A DNA stretch of 64,000 bases. It comes from an uncultured Gammaproteobacteria bacterium (GTDB lineage: Bacteria; Patescibacteriota; Microgenomatia; Levybacterales; GWA1-39-11). Under the pieces are notes generated by a model that saw only the letters and a list, made by a program, of their open reading frames with translations, made no database searches and had not been told where the DNA came from. Within the stretch, counting starts at the first letter, position 1, and every line of letters begins with the position of its first letter. Below, in pieces: positions 33,147 through 42,897 of the stretch. Made by a program: the position numbers and the translations under genes. The stretch lies in assembly GCA_964472415.1 (NCBI GenBank), contig CAYYLC010000001.1, positions 239,194 through 303,193 of the forward strand, in the 5' to 3' direction.

Positions 33147-34949
33147 TTATTTTTCAATCCATTGAGCGAGTTTTTCATGAGCATAAGAGTTGATAATATC
33201 CTTCTTCTCACACCATCCTCGTTTTGCGACAGCTATTCCGAATTTCATGTTATTCATGTGGTCAACCGCGTGACTGTCGGTGTTAATAACAAATTGACAT
33301 CCTAGTGCGCGTGCTTGAAATACTAAATCATCGCGGAGGTCAAGCCGAGTAGGCCAAGCATTAATTTCTAGTGCTTTATTTTTTTTCTTTATATATTGAA
33401 ATATTTTCTCCCAATTTGCCTCGTATCCGGGTCTCTGATTAATGAGTCTGCCAGTAGGGTGTGCAAATATTTTAGCTTTGGGATGCTCTAGTCCTGATAA
33501 TATCCTTCTTGTCATTTCTTCTTTTGGTGTTTTAAATGAGCTGTGGATAGAAACAATTGCCATATCAAGTAAATCCATACATCTATCGGAGAGAGCTAGC
33601 TTCCCTGAGGTTAAAATATCTACTTCGAGTAAATTTACTATTCGTATATTTTTATTACTCTCTTTAAGTTGTTCAATTTTATTATTCCTTTTTATGAGCA
33701 ATTCATATATCTGTTTTTCTGTATGATTTCCCACGCTTGGATTGTGTTCTGAGAAGCCGATGTATTCATAGCCAAGCTCGAGCGCTTTATGAATCATTAC
33801 TTCCATAGAATCTTTTCCGAAATCATGGCTTGGTTCAATTGGATAATTTGAATGGATGTGAAAATCACCCTTAATATCCTTTTCCTCAATAAGTATCGGG
33901 AGTTTATTTATACGTGATAGCTCGATTTCACCATTGTTTTCTCTTATTTCTGGTGGAATCCATTCGAGCCCCAGAAAATTATAAAACTTTTTTTCATCTC
34001 CAAACTTCTTGAGTGTTCCGTCTTGTAGCTTTATCCCCTTTTCAGATAATGAATAGCCTTTTTTGATTGCATATTCTCGAAGTTTTACATTGTGTTCTTT
34101 GCTACCTGTGAAATGCTGCAATAAGGAGCCAATTTGATCTGGATTGAGCACCATTAGATCAATCTGCTTATTACCCGAAAGAACGATCGAGGCTGTTATA
34201 TACCCCTTTTCTATAACTCTATCTTTGTAGGGATAATTTACAAAATGCTCAATAACCTTTGTAGGATTATCAGAGGTGATTGCAATATCAACATCACCAA
34301 TAGTTGATTTTTGTCGTCTTAGACTGCCCAGAGGATATGCCTCCTGAACTGCTTTCTCTTCTTTTAAATACTGCAAAATACTATCTGCAATTTCTTGAGC
34401 AAGAGGGAGCACCATGCGTGCTGATTTTGTTTTTCCAAGTCGATATTCTTCTATTGCCGTTATGATATCTGCTTGAGATTTTTCTCCAAAGCTCTCAAGT
34501 GACGATATTCTATTTTCTTTTGCAAGTTTATATATATCATCGATTACTTTTCTTGGATTGGTGAGGTTAAATGCATTTACTAATTTGAATGCCTTTTTGG
34601 GTCCGAATGATGGTACATCGAGAAGTGGAAATACCGCTGGGGAGATTTGTTCAAGAATAGACTCAAAATGTTCGACTTTCCCTTTCTCAAATAATTCTGT
34701 TAAATATGCCTGTATGCCTTTTCCTATTCCTGGAAACTTATCAAGCGCATTCTCTTTAAGAAGGGTCTCTATTTCTTTGCTGGATGACTCTATAGAATCA
34801 GCAGCTTTTTGGTAAGCAAGGATTTGAAATCGGTATTTTGCTTCATTTTTTATAGCATATGCGCCAGCAATTTTTTTTAAAAGTCGTGCGATCTCCTCAT
34901 TCTTAAAAGAGTACATATTATGTATAATAATAACACGCACAAATCTCAT
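33147..34949 (-). CDS. polX: Family X DNA polymerase with C-terminal PHP phosphoesterase domain (PolX)
   Basis: Pol-beta-like HhH (GIGKGIQ), nucleotidyltransferase GS...DVDIAI and PHP motif DFHIHSNY; 600 aa. Confidence 0.85.
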   Translation of the reverse strand: MRFVRVIIIHNMYSFKNEEIARLLKKIAGAYAIKNEAKYRFQILAYQKAADSIESSSKEIETLLKENALDKFPGIGKGIQAYLTELFEKGKVEHFESILEQISPAVFPLLDVPSFGPKKAFKLVNAFNLTNPRKVIDDIYKLAKENRISSLESFGEKSQADIITAIEEYRLGKTKSARMVLPLAQEIADSILQYLKEEKAVQEAYPLGSLRRQKSTIGDVDIAITSDNPTKVIEHFVNYPYKDRVIEKGYITASIVLSGNKQIDLMVLNPDQIGSLLQHFTGSKEHNVKLREYAIKKGYSLSEKGIKLQDGTLKKFGDEKKFYNFLGLEWIPPEIRENNGEIELSRINKLPILIEEKDIKGDFHIHSNYPIEPSHDFGKDSMEVMIHKALELGYEYIGFSEHNPSVGNHTEKQIYELLIKRNNKIEQLKESNKNIRIVNLLEVDILTSGKLALSDRCMDLLDMAIVSIHSSFKTPKEEMTRRILSGLEHPKAKIFAHPTGRLINQRPGYEANWEKIFQYIKKKNKALEINAWPTRLDLRDDLVFQARALGCQFVINTDSHAVDHMNNMKFGIAVAKRGWCEKKDIINSYAHEKLAQWIEK

Positions 34950-34992
34950 TGACGATAGGGTGTCAATCTGCTAGTATATTGAAAATAATCGT

Positions 34993-35069
34993 GGGGTGGT
35001 AGCTCAGTTGGCTAGAGCGCTTCCCTGTCACGGAAGAGGTCGCGGGTTCGAGTCCCGTCCATCCCGCCA
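34993..35069 (+). tRNA. tRNA-Asp (anticodon GUC), CCA encoded
   Basis: Cloverleaf folded by hand: acceptor GGGGTGG/CCATCCC, D arm GCTC/GAGC, anticodon stem CTTCC/GGAAG with loop CTGTCAC, T arm GCGGG-TTCGAGT-CCCGT, discriminator G plus CCA. Confidence 0.85.
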
Positions 35070-35111
35070 CGTTGCAGCAGATTTTGCGTTTTGCGCTCAG
35101 TTTGATGCTCC

Positions 35112-35143
35112 TTATTACAAGTCAGAATATAGTCTTGTAATAG
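35112..35143 (+). promoter_or_regulatory. 10-bp inverted repeat (TTATTACAAG ... CTTGTAATAG, 12-nt loop) between tRNA-Asp and the LysM gene; a possible operator or processing hairpin
   Basis: Read directly from the sequence; 9 of 10 positions pair. Confidence 0.25.
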
Positions 35144-35258
35144 AGGATAAAAAACGGTTGAGGTCTAGATGTGAATAGTTCTTTATGAGCTCGATCTAGT
35201 CAAGTACACCTTGCCCTTATTACTAAGATCTTCTGCCCAGAAAGGAGGCGACTTCTTA

Positions 35259-35912
35259 ATGGCTAAAAAAAAGACAACCAAAACAACAAGAAAGAAAAAC
35301 AATAATAATTTCGACATTAAACGGCTTATGGATTCTTCAGGTTCATACAGAAATCTTATTTATGGAGTAGTAACTGTTGTAGTATTGTTTCTTATTATCT
35401 TTCTTGGAATGAGAACTCTTTCTCAGAACCAAGGTGAGGTAAATGAAGGAGCAGTAACAACAAACGAAACAGCAGATCAGAAACAATACGAAGTTGTTGA
35501 AGGGGATACTCTTTGGGGTATTTCAGAAAAAGTGTATGGAACAGGATTTAATTGGCAACAAATTGCTGAAGAGAATAATCTGGAAAATCCAGGAGTAGTG
35601 GAAGCAGGAACAACGCTTATAATTCCTGAGGTTTCACCTACTACAGATCCAGCTATAGCGCAAGACATGACTGATGAGCAGACAGTAAGTGAGGTAACTA
35701 TCTCGCCAACTGCAGTATCTCAAGAATCAGATGATCTCCAGGAAGGGTCTGAAACCGTGACTCGTTATACAGTAGAAGCGGGTGATAATCTGTGGAATAT
35801 AGCGGTAGCTCAATATAATGACGGATATAGATGGGTGGATATTGCTCGTGTGAATAACCTGGTAAATCCTGATTATATTCATGTTGGGAATAATTTGGAA
35901 ATTCCGAGATAA
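35259..35912 (+). CDS. Membrane-anchored protein with two LysM peptidoglycan-binding domains
   Basis: AAAGGAGG Shine-Dalgarno sequence 10 nt upstream of the ATG at 35259, so that start is preferred over the TTG at 35211. One TM helix, then two LysM repeats (YEVVEGDTLWGISEKVYG... and YTVEAGDNLWNIAVAQYN...). Confidence 0.8.
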   Translation: MAKKKTTKTTRKKNNNNFDIKRLMDSSGSYRNLIYGVVTVVVLFLIIFLGMRTLSQNQGEVNEGAVTTNETADQKQYEVVEGDTLWGISEKVYGTGFNWQQIAEENNLENPGVVEAGTTLIIPEVSPTTDPAIAQDMTDEQTVSEVTISPTAVSQESDDLQEGSETVTRYTVEAGDNLWNIAVAQYNDGYRWVDIARVNNLVNPDYIHVGNNLEIPR

Positions 35913-35990
35913 AGAGGTATTCTAGATAGAGAGTCTTATTTATCTCGGGTTTCTGACTTGGGATTAAGAGACGAAAGTTTTCGTTGGTCT

Positions 35991-36064
35991 GCGAGGTTCG
36001 TACACCGGTAGTATGCCACCTTCCCAAGGTGGAGAAACGAGTTCGATTCTCGTACCTCGCTCCA
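35991..36064 (+). tRNA. tRNA-Gly (anticodon CCC), CCA encoded
   Basis: Acceptor GCGAGGT/ACCTCGC, anticodon stem CCACC/GGTGG with loop TTCCCAA, T arm ACGAG-TTCGATT-CTCGT, discriminator T plus CCA. Confidence 0.8.
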
Positions 36065-36158
36065 GATATAGAGAGGACAGAGAAGATTTTTTCCGGAAGT
36101 TTTCAGGAAGCCTTGTTTTTTTGTAAAAAATAGGATGGTAAATTCAATAAAGATTATA

Positions 36159-36187
36159 TTGACAGTATTTTTTGGATTTGATATATT
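36159..36187 (+). promoter_or_regulatory. Sigma70-like promoter for pyrG (TTGACA-17 nt-TATATT), with the -10 ending 5 nt before the GTG start: leaderless geometry
   Basis: Read directly: ttgaca at 36159-36164, 17-nt spacer, tatatt at 36182-36187, GTG at 36193. Confidence 0.4.
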
Positions 36188-36192
36188 AAGTC

Positions 36193-37851
36193 GTGCCGAA
36201 AAAGAATAGAACAAAATATATATTCGTTTCAGGCGGAGTTATTTCAGGAATAGGGAAAGGAATAACAGTTGCCTCGACGGCTCTCCTTCTCAAAAACTCC
36301 GGATACAAGATTTCCCCAGTAAAATTCGAAAACTACTTGAATCAAGATGCTGGCACGATAAACCCCATAGAGCATGGAGATGTTTTTTTGTGTGAAGATG
36401 GGACTGAGAGCGATATGGATATCGGGACGTATGAGAAATTCCTCAACGAAGAAATGGGGAGTGATAACTTCGTTACTATAGGAAAGATTTATAAATCTGT
36501 GATGGATCGAGAGCGCGCTTTCGGATATAAGGGTGAAGATGTAGAGGCGATTCCGCACGTTACTGATGAAATTCTGAAGAGAATTATATCGCTTGGAAAA
36601 AAGAATGATTCCGATATTGTATTAGTAGAATTGGGAGGCACTGCTGGAGAGTATCAAAATATTTTATATTATGAGGCAGCACGGCTTTTGACCCTTCGAT
36701 ATCCTGAAGATGTTATTCATATCCATGTAAGCTATGTTCCAGTTCCGAAACACTTGGGAGAGCCCAAGACTAAACCTACGCAACTTTCAGTAAAAACGCT
36801 TAATTCTATGGGCATCCAGCCAGATTTTATAGTTGCGCGATCTGAGAAGGTAATTGATAAAAGGCGTGCAGAGCGGTTTGCGCTTTTTTGCAATATGCAC
36901 ACAGAAGATATTATTTCCAATCCCGATCTTGAGAGTGTTTACGAGCTTCCGCTCGTTCTTGCTGAGCAAAAATTTTCAGAAAAAATACTTCGTAAGCTGG
37001 GGCTCCCCGTACGACCCCCGAAGTTAGATGAATGGAAAGATCTCATTAAAAAGATAAAATCTACAAAGAAAAAACAAGTTGAGATTGCAATTATCGGGAA
37101 GTATTTCTCTACTGGGAATTATGAATTGAGAGATTCTTATGCAGCGTTATTTGATGCAATAGATCATGCTTCATGGGCAGTAAATACAAAAATAAATCTC
37201 AAATGGATTGATGCACAGAAAATAGAAAAAGAAGGAGTTTCGATAATAGGAAAGCCGGATGGGATCATCGTGCCAATTGGTTGGGGGGAGCGAGGTGCAG
37301 AGGGAATGATTGCAGCAGCATCTTATGCACGAGATAAGAAGATTCCATACTTGGGGCTTTGCTATGGGATGCAGCTTGCGGTAGTTGCATATGCCCGTGA
37401 TATCCTCGGGCTGAAAGGGGCAAATACAGAAGAGAACGAACCTAAATCAGAGCATCCTGTTATTCATTTCATTCCTGAGCAGAAAGAACTCATGGAGCGT
37501 CGTGCATACGGAGGGACAATGAGACTTGGTGGCTGGGATGCCAAAGTTAAAGAAGGGACTTTGCTTGATAAAATTTATGGAGAACATGACTCCTATAAAG
37601 ACAAAAAAAAGAAGATTGTGAGTGAGCGACATCGGCATAGATACGAGTTTAATGACGCATATGAAAAGGATTTTTTGGAGCATGGACTCATTATTTCAGC
37701 AAAATCAGTAGTCGAGAATCTCGTTGAGGCAATAGAGTTACCGAAAGAAAAACACCCATTTTATGTTGCAGTTCAAGGTCATCCTGAGTATAAAACGAGT
37801 CTTACTCATCCCCACCCCTTATTCCTAGAATTCATAAAAGCTACTTTGTAG
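36193..37851 (+). CDS. pyrG: CTP synthase
   Basis: N-terminus KYIFVSGGVISGIGKGI (synthetase P-loop) and a C-terminal GATase domain with LGLCYGMQL (catalytic Cys). Confidence 0.93.
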   Translation: MPKKNRTKYIFVSGGVISGIGKGITVASTALLLKNSGYKISPVKFENYLNQDAGTINPIEHGDVFLCEDGTESDMDIGTYEKFLNEEMGSDNFVTIGKIYKSVMDRERAFGYKGEDVEAIPHVTDEILKRIISLGKKNDSDIVLVELGGTAGEYQNILYYEAARLLTLRYPEDVIHIHVSYVPVPKHLGEPKTKPTQLSVKTLNSMGIQPDFIVARSEKVIDKRRAERFALFCNMHTEDIISNPDLESVYELPLVLAEQKFSEKILRKLGLPVRPPKLDEWKDLIKKIKSTKKKQVEIAIIGKYFSTGNYELRDSYAALFDAIDHASWAVNTKINLKWIDAQKIEKEGVSIIGKPDGIIVPIGWGERGAEGMIAAASYARDKKIPYLGLCYGMQLAVVAYARDILGLKGANTEENEPKSEHPVIHFIPEQKELMERRAYGGTMRLGGWDAKVKEGTLLDKIYGEHDSYKDKKKKIVSERHRHRYEFNDAYEKDFLEHGLIISAKSVVENLVEAIELPKEKHPFYVAVQGHPEYKTSLTHPHPLFLEFIKATL

Positions 37852-37897
37852 TATGCAGCCTAGAAATTTCAAAAAAGTTGTTGTATAATATTTACCT

Positions 37898-38143
37898 ATG
37901 AGTGATTTAGATATTAGGCCAAAGAATGTAGTAAAGATTTCTCAGAAAATGACTGAGGGAAAACGCGAACGCGTAATTTCGTTTATAGGAGAGGTTATTA
38001 AGTCTCGTGGGAAAGGCGAGAATAAAATGATTACCGTGAGGCAGAGCATTGATGGAGTAGAGGTAGATAGAATTCTTCCTGTTATGCATCCTTCACTTGT
38101 AACCATAGAGTTGATTCAAAAAAAAGCAAAGAAGAAGAAATAA
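37898..38143 (+). CDS. rplS: 50S ribosomal protein L19 (short form)
   Basis: VVKISQKMTEGKRERVISFIGEVIKSRGKG...ITVRQSIDGVEVDRILPVMHPSLVTIELI parallels the L19 consensus (GDTV.V..EG.RER.Q.FEGVVI...G.G...FTVRK.S.GVGVER.FP.HSP.I..IEV). Confidence 0.75.
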   Translation: MSDLDIRPKNVVKISQKMTEGKRERVISFIGEVIKSRGKGENKMITVRQSIDGVEVDRILPVMHPSLVTIELIQKKAKKKK

Positions 38144-38178
38144 TCGCTTTTCCCCCTCATTTTTTATATCCTTAATAG

Positions 38179-38526
38179 GTGCGTAGTTTAGGTTTTCAAG
38201 CGGAAAGGTATGCTGCTTATTACTTGCGAGATCAAGGTTATAAAATTTTAGCTCAGAATTTCCATTCTCGATTCGGTGAGATAGATATTATTGCAACAGA
38301 GCGGGAGACTTTAGTATTTGTGGAAGTGAAAATGAGAAGCAGTAGGGTGTTTGGCACTCCGCTTGAAGCAATTACTTACTCAAAACTTCAAAAAATGCAA
38401 AAAACTGCATACTATTTTCTTACTATTCGCAATTATAAAGATGTACCATTTCGATTTGACGCAATAGCGATTAAATTGGAGAAGAATCAAAAAATTATAA
38501 ATCACGTAAAAAATATTACTCTTTAA
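38179..38526 (+). CDS. yraN: YraN-family (UPF0102) predicted endonuclease
   Basis: GE(R)YAA.YL...GY.IL..N....GEIDIIA......VFVEVK pattern; GTG start. Confidence 0.75.
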   Translation: MRSLGFQAERYAAYYLRDQGYKILAQNFHSRFGEIDIIATERETLVFVEVKMRSSRVFGTPLEAITYSKLQKMQKTAYYFLTIRNYKDVPFRFDAIAIKLEKNQKIINHVKNITL

Positions 38527-39825
38527 TTACTCCTCTGAAAGTTCTTCGTAATCAGAATCGTATATGGGTTTTATTAAAAATCCTTTCATATCAGTGTACC
38601 CAATAAGCATTGGAAAAGTGAGGTGAGAACGATTTGCGACTGTTGCAGTGACAGTTTTCTTCTTTCCTCCTACTTCTACTGTTATGTTTGCAGTGGGCCT
38701 TTCGCTTATTCCATTTGCTGAGAGAATTTTTACTGTTTTTCCGGTGAGCGGAATATTAAGCTCTTCCAGTAACGATTTGTCGATAGATGAGCGTTTGGCT
38801 CCGGTATCCATTTTTGCTTTTACCTTATGTTCTTTGCCATGGTGGTGAATGACAATATCTTGGTTTATAGCAAGTACTGTAGGAGAGATTTTTATTTTTT
38901 CAGAAAAATCTGCAGCAAAGAGATTTTTCCCAATCTCTACCCCTCGTTCTGCTGTGCTAACTGGCATATTTTCTACCCGTTCGAGTCTACTTCTGAGAGA
39001 TGCTCTATTCGCATTTTGTATGGAAAGACCTGGGCGTGCGTTCACTTCTAGGATAAGAGGGCCTCTGATTTTGTCTATTACAATATCTACTCCTGCATAC
39101 CCAAGCCCTACCGTGGTTTGCGTGCGTGCCGCAATTGTGAGGATTTCGTCCCACATGGGAAGCTTTATGCCTCGCGCTTTAATTTTTGTATCAGGGATAT
39201 AGTCTATGTGTTGGTCGTACAGTATTGCTCCGGTCGTAATTCCGGTTCTAATATCGATTCCGAATCCAAGCGCTCCTTGGTGGAGATTTGCTTTTCCATT
39301 TGAAAGACCTGTGGGAAGTCTCAGCATGGCCATAACAGGGACAGAATTAAAGGCGATAACACGAATATCAGGGATCCCTTGATCTCTATATTTTTTAAAA
39401 AAAGGATGGAGAATGACACGTTCTTCGATGAATGCTATATCTGGAAGAAACTGAAGAGAAAATGCCCCTTCGAAGATATCCAGAATATGAGATTCTAGTT
39501 GTTGTATAGAATATGATAAATTTTCGTTAATAAATGCGATATTTTCTTCAAATTTCCGAACTGGTAAAATCCCAAGGCCCCCATAGCCTCGAGCAGGCTT
39601 TATTACAAATCCCTTAGTAGGAAGGGAGGACCAGTTAAAATATCGGAGTGCTTCCCTGTTATAGAAGCCTTGAAGAAGATTTGGTGTGGGGATGCCGTTT
39701 TCAGCTAATATTTTTTTTGTTTCCAGCTTATCGTCTGCAATTCTTTTCGCAGCACGAGAGTTATATTTATTTACATAGAGAAAATTGCGGGCATTCATAC
39801 CCAAGATGTTTCTACTTACCGGCAT
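38527..39825 (-). CDS. Fusion protein: RimK-related alpha-L-glutamate-ligase-like ATP-grasp (N-terminal, about 300 aa) plus a retropepsin-like aspartic peptidase domain (C-terminal, about 130 aa)
   Basis: N-terminus ILGMNARNFLYVNKYNSR...DKLETKKIL matches the start of the RimK-related amidoligase family (TIGR02291 / ATPgrasp_ST type). The C-terminus VKAKMDTGAKRSSI carries the clan-AA aspartic protease D(T/S)G motif, as in RimB / 'ATP-dependent zinc protease' proteins. Confidence 0.65.
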   Translation of the reverse strand: MPVSRNILGMNARNFLYVNKYNSRAAKRIADDKLETKKILAENGIPTPNLLQGFYNREALRYFNWSSLPTKGFVIKPARGYGGLGILPVRKFEENIAFINENLSYSIQQLESHILDIFEGAFSLQFLPDIAFIEERVILHPFFKKYRDQGIPDIRVIAFNSVPVMAMLRLPTGLSNGKANLHQGALGFGIDIRTGITTGAILYDQHIDYIPDTKIKARGIKLPMWDEILTIAARTQTTVGLGYAGVDIVIDKIRGPLILEVNARPGLSIQNANRASLRSRLERVENMPVSTAERGVEIGKNLFAADFSEKIKISPTVLAINQDIVIHHHGKEHKVKAKMDTGAKRSSIDKSLLEELNIPLTGKTVKILSANGISERPTANITVEVGGKKKTVTATVANRSHLTFPMLIGYTDMKGFLIKPIYDSDYEELSEE

Positions 39826-40765
39826 GGCGAGATATTGAAGTAAATCTGAAATATTCCAATATTCTGAGACCGAAGTAGCGCCCGATAAGAATGTTGATTG
39901 GAATAAGGAGGAAGATGAGTTCCGGGTAAAGAAGGAATGTATTTCTGATAATTTGTGCTGAAAGTATTACAAATCCTACCATTCCGAGCGCAAATGTGAC
40001 GAGGGTAATAACAAGCATTTCTTGAAAGCTTCGTTCCAGCTGTACAGAAATAATTTGTTCGCTCAAGAGAATGAGAAGAAGAATAGGGAAAATAGAGAGT
40101 TGTCTTACAGATAGAACTCCTACCATTGCACTGAGAGTAAGTGCAACAAGGATGATAATTGACACAATAAACATAGACATTGCCATCTTTGGAAGCTGCA
40201 TGATTCGTACTCTTTTCAGGATTATGCGCGCAAAAGTTGAACCGAGAATAATAGATCCCAAAAGAATTAACCCTGCGGTTATTCCCGTAGAGAGAAGTGT
40301 TATAGAAAGCGCGATTGGAACTAAAAGTCCAATGCTGGGAAGCCCTACAACGTGTCTAATAAATGCGATGATGGAGGCAAGCATGGGGAGTAGTAGTATT
40401 AGGATGATTGTTCGTGAAGGAACTCCTGAGCGCACTGATTCTTGGATGAAATATGCTGCGAAGTTAAATGGAGTAAGAGTATCTGCAGGACGTCGTTCGA
40501 ACAATACGAATACTTCGTCTCGAGATGCAGGTTCTTCAGGTCGTGTAACGTCTTCTTCTGCAATCCGTCTTAATTCATTAAGCTCTTCTGCGGAAGGAGA
40601 GGCGTCAGCTGACCTTGTAGCAGTTTCTTCTTCAAGTTCTTCTTCTGCAGAAGTAGGCGTGAGATTCTGTCTTATTTGTGCGGATACGCTATCTGCGAAT
40701 AAAGAAAGTCCAAGTGAAAAAATGACAGATAGCAATATCAGTTTTTTAAATCCGATATTTATCAT
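39812..40765 (-). CDS. Signal-peptide plus 7-TM membrane protein, the partner of the ATP-grasp cassette (resembles the 7TM module usually fused to an inactive transglutaminase)
   Basis: Signal peptide, an acidic Glu/Ala/Ser-rich ectodomain of about 70 aa, then 7 predicted TM helices. Overlaps the downstream ATP-grasp gene by 14 nt, so the two form an operon. Confidence 0.5.
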   Translation of the reverse strand: MINIGFKKLILLSVIFSLGLSLFADSVSAQIRQNLTPTSAEEELEEETATRSADASPSAEELNELRRIAEEDVTRPEEPASRDEVFVLFERRPADTLTPFNFAAYFIQESVRSGVPSRTIILILLLPMLASIIAFIRHVVGLPSIGLLVPIALSITLLSTGITAGLILLGSIILGSTFARIILKRVRIMQLPKMAMSMFIVSIIILVALTLSAMVGVLSVRQLSIFPILLLILLSEQIISVQLERSFQEMLVITLVTFALGMVGFVILSAQIIRNTFLLYPELIFLLIPINILIGRYFGLRILEYFRFTSISRHAGK

Positions 40766-40796
40766 AATGTATGATTATAGTATATATTATAACTGA

Positions 40797-41282
40797 ATGA
40801 AAATATTGGGTGTAGATCCTGGTCTTGGAAGAACAGGCTGGGGAGTTATCAGAGAAGAGCGAGGAAAAATTACAGCGTTGGAGTATGGATGTATAGAAAC
40901 TGATAAAAATTCAAACGAGGGGAAGAGGATAGCTATTATTTATAAAGAAATAACCATGGCTATTGAAAAGCATCATCCGGAAGCTATTTCAATAGAGAAA
41001 TTATTTTTTAATAAGAATGTAACGACTGCATTAAGTGTGGGACAAGCACGAGGGGTAGTACTGCTTGCAGCGATAAATCACGGGCTTATTATAGGAGAGT
41101 ATACTCCACTTGAAGTGAAAATGGCTGTTGCGGGGTATGGTAGGGCTGATAAGTCTCAGATTGGGGAGATGGTAAAAGTGAGCTTTGGGCTTTCCTCTGT
41201 TCCGAGGCCGGATGATGTAGCTGATGCACTTGCTATAGCGCTTACTCATGCAGTGTCATACAGAATTAGAAATTTGGTTTGA
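40797..41282 (+). CDS. ruvC: Holliday junction resolvase RuvC
   Basis: MKILGVDPGLGRTGWGVI is the RuvC N-terminus (catalytic Asp). Confidence 0.9.
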   Translation: MKILGVDPGLGRTGWGVIREERGKITALEYGCIETDKNSNEGKRIAIIYKEITMAIEKHHPEAISIEKLFFNKNVTTALSVGQARGVVLLAAINHGLIIGEYTPLEVKMAVAGYGRADKSQIGEMVKVSFGLSSVPRPDDVADALAIALTHAVSYRIRNLV

Positions 41283-41304
41283 ATTGCGGTAGTATAGTAG
41301 GGCT

Positions 41305-41877
41305 ATGATTGGGTATTTACGCGGAGAGGTTTTTGAGATATTTGACACGAGTATCATTCTTCTGGTGAACAATGTAGGCTATAAAGTGTTTCCCACGCTG
41401 CAGTCTTTTGAGAAAATACAAAAGGGTGATCAAGCCTCCTTTTATATCACGAGTATTATTAAGGAAGACGAGTTTTCTTTGTATGGATTTGAGAGCATGG
41501 AAGAGAAGAATTTATTTGATCTAATAATCAATATTTCAGGTATTGGTCCGAGAACTGCCAATGCAATCCTTTCGAGATTTAAAATCGATGATATTATGAA
41601 TGCAGTAATAAATTCTGATGACGCATTTTTTACTGGTGTCCCAAGGCTTGGAAAGAAAAATGCGCAGAAGCTTATTATAGAGCTGAAAGGAAAAATAGGA
41701 AGTTTGTCTTCTTTGAGCTTTGCACAGAACAATGAGCGACAGGAGCTTATTATGGCATTGAAAGGATTTGGATATCAAGATAGCGAAATTCAGGGGGTTA
41801 TTATGACGGTGGAAAAAAACGGTGGAACATTAGAGCAGAGAATTGCATTCGCACTCAAACATTTAGGCAGGAAGTAA
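41305..41877 (+). CDS. ruvA: Holliday junction branch-migration protein RuvA
   Basis: MIGYLRGEV...VNNVGY OB domain and HhH pairs (ISGIGPRTA). Confidence 0.88.
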   Translation: MIGYLRGEVFEIFDTSIILLVNNVGYKVFPTLQSFEKIQKGDQASFYITSIIKEDEFSLYGFESMEEKNLFDLIINISGIGPRTANAILSRFKIDDIMNAVINSDDAFFTGVPRLGKKNAQKLIIELKGKIGSLSSLSFAQNNERQELIMALKGFGYQDSEIQGVIMTVEKNGGTLEQRIAFALKHLGRK

Positions 41878-41880
41878 TAT

Positions 41881-42897
41881 ATGAGCGATATAGATATTTT
41901 AGATCCACAGGAGAAAGAAGCAGATGAGATCGTAATTCAGACGTTGCGTGCTTCATCTTGGAATGAATTTGTTGGCCAAGAGAATGTTAAAAATTCATTG
42001 TTCATATCAATTGAAGCGGCAAAAAAGCGCGAAGAAGCTCTCGAGCACTTATTGTTCTATGGGCCACCAGGATTAGGAAAGACGACAATCTCCCATATTA
42101 TCGCCCGTGAGATGAGTGCAAATATTAGAATAACGTCAGGTCCAGCGCTTGAACGATCAGGGGATTTAGCGTCGATTCTTACGAATCTTTCAGAAGGTGA
42201 TGTGCTGTTTATCGATGAAATTCATCGGTTAAATAAGGTGGTTGAGGAAACACTTTATCCTGCAATGGAGGATTTTGCGCTGGATATCGTGATTGGAAAA
42301 GGCCCATCAGCTCGAACGCTCAGAATGGACTTGCCGAGATTTACCATAATTGGTGCAACCACAAAAGCAGGAATGATTTCAGGCCCATTGAGGGATCGTT
42401 TTGGCGTAATCAATAGGCTTACATTTTATGATACCTCTGATCTTTCTCGGATTATAAAAAATGCAGCAAACAAGCTTGAGATTGAAATAGAAGATGATGC
42501 GGCAGTGTCACTTGCGAGTCGCGGAAGAGGGACTCCGCGGATTGCTTTGCGACTTCTTAAGCGTGCGAGAGACTATGCTGCAATCCATGGGAAAGGAGTA
42601 ATTACAAAGCCAATTGTTGACAAGACGCTTGATGTATTGGAAATAGATAGGATGGGGTTAGATGAATCAGATAAGCGGTACCTTAAAGCAATTGTTGAAA
42701 AATATGATGGCGGGCCCGTAGGATTGGAGACGTTGGCTGCAAGTCTTTCTGAGGATAGTCAAACACTCGAAGAGGTCGTTGAGCCATACCTTATGCAAAT
42801 AGGATTTGTAAAGCGAACAACTCGTGGAAGAATGATAACTGAGAATGCGCTATCTCATCTGGGGATAAATACTTCAAAACAAAAACCCCTCCTTTAA
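41881..42897 (+). CDS. ruvB: Holliday junction ATPase RuvB
   Basis: AAA+ Walker [10 protein letters not shown], Walker [11 protein letters not shown] and a winged-helix C-terminus. Confidence 0.93.
   Translation: MSDIDILDPQEKEADEIVIQTLRASSWNEFVGQENVKNSLFISIEAAKKREEALEHLLFYGPPGLGKTTISHIIAREMSANIRITSGPALERSGDLASILTNLSEGDVLFIDEIHRLNKVVEETLYPAMEDFALDIVIGKGPSARTLRMDLPRFTIIGATTKAGMISGPLRDRFGVINRLTFYDTSDLSRIIKNAANKLEIEIEDDAAVSLASRGRGTPRIALRLLKRARDYAAIHGKGVITKPIVDKTLDVLEIDRMGLDESDKRYLKAIVEKYDGGPVGLETLAASLSEDSQTLEEVVEPYLMQIGFVKRTTRGRMITENALSHLGINTSKQKPLL

Noticed and set aside
34996-35178. 60-aa ORF on the plus strand
   Set aside because: It is read entirely across the tRNA-Asp gene and its 3' flank (the translation literally encodes the tRNA sequence). 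It is an ORF-finder artefact.
35905-35990. Hairpins downstream of the LysM gene (GAGATAAA...TTTATCTC with a 31-nt loop; ACGAAA-gt-TTTCGT) as intrinsic terminators
   Set aside because: They have long loops or very short stems and no following U-tract. They are more likely tRNA-Gly 5' leader structure.
40071-40796. 241-aa Ser-rich plus-strand ORF
   Set aside because: It is antisense within the 7TM gene. Its low-complexity Ser/Arg composition has no motif, and a conserved operon partner gene occupies the other strand.
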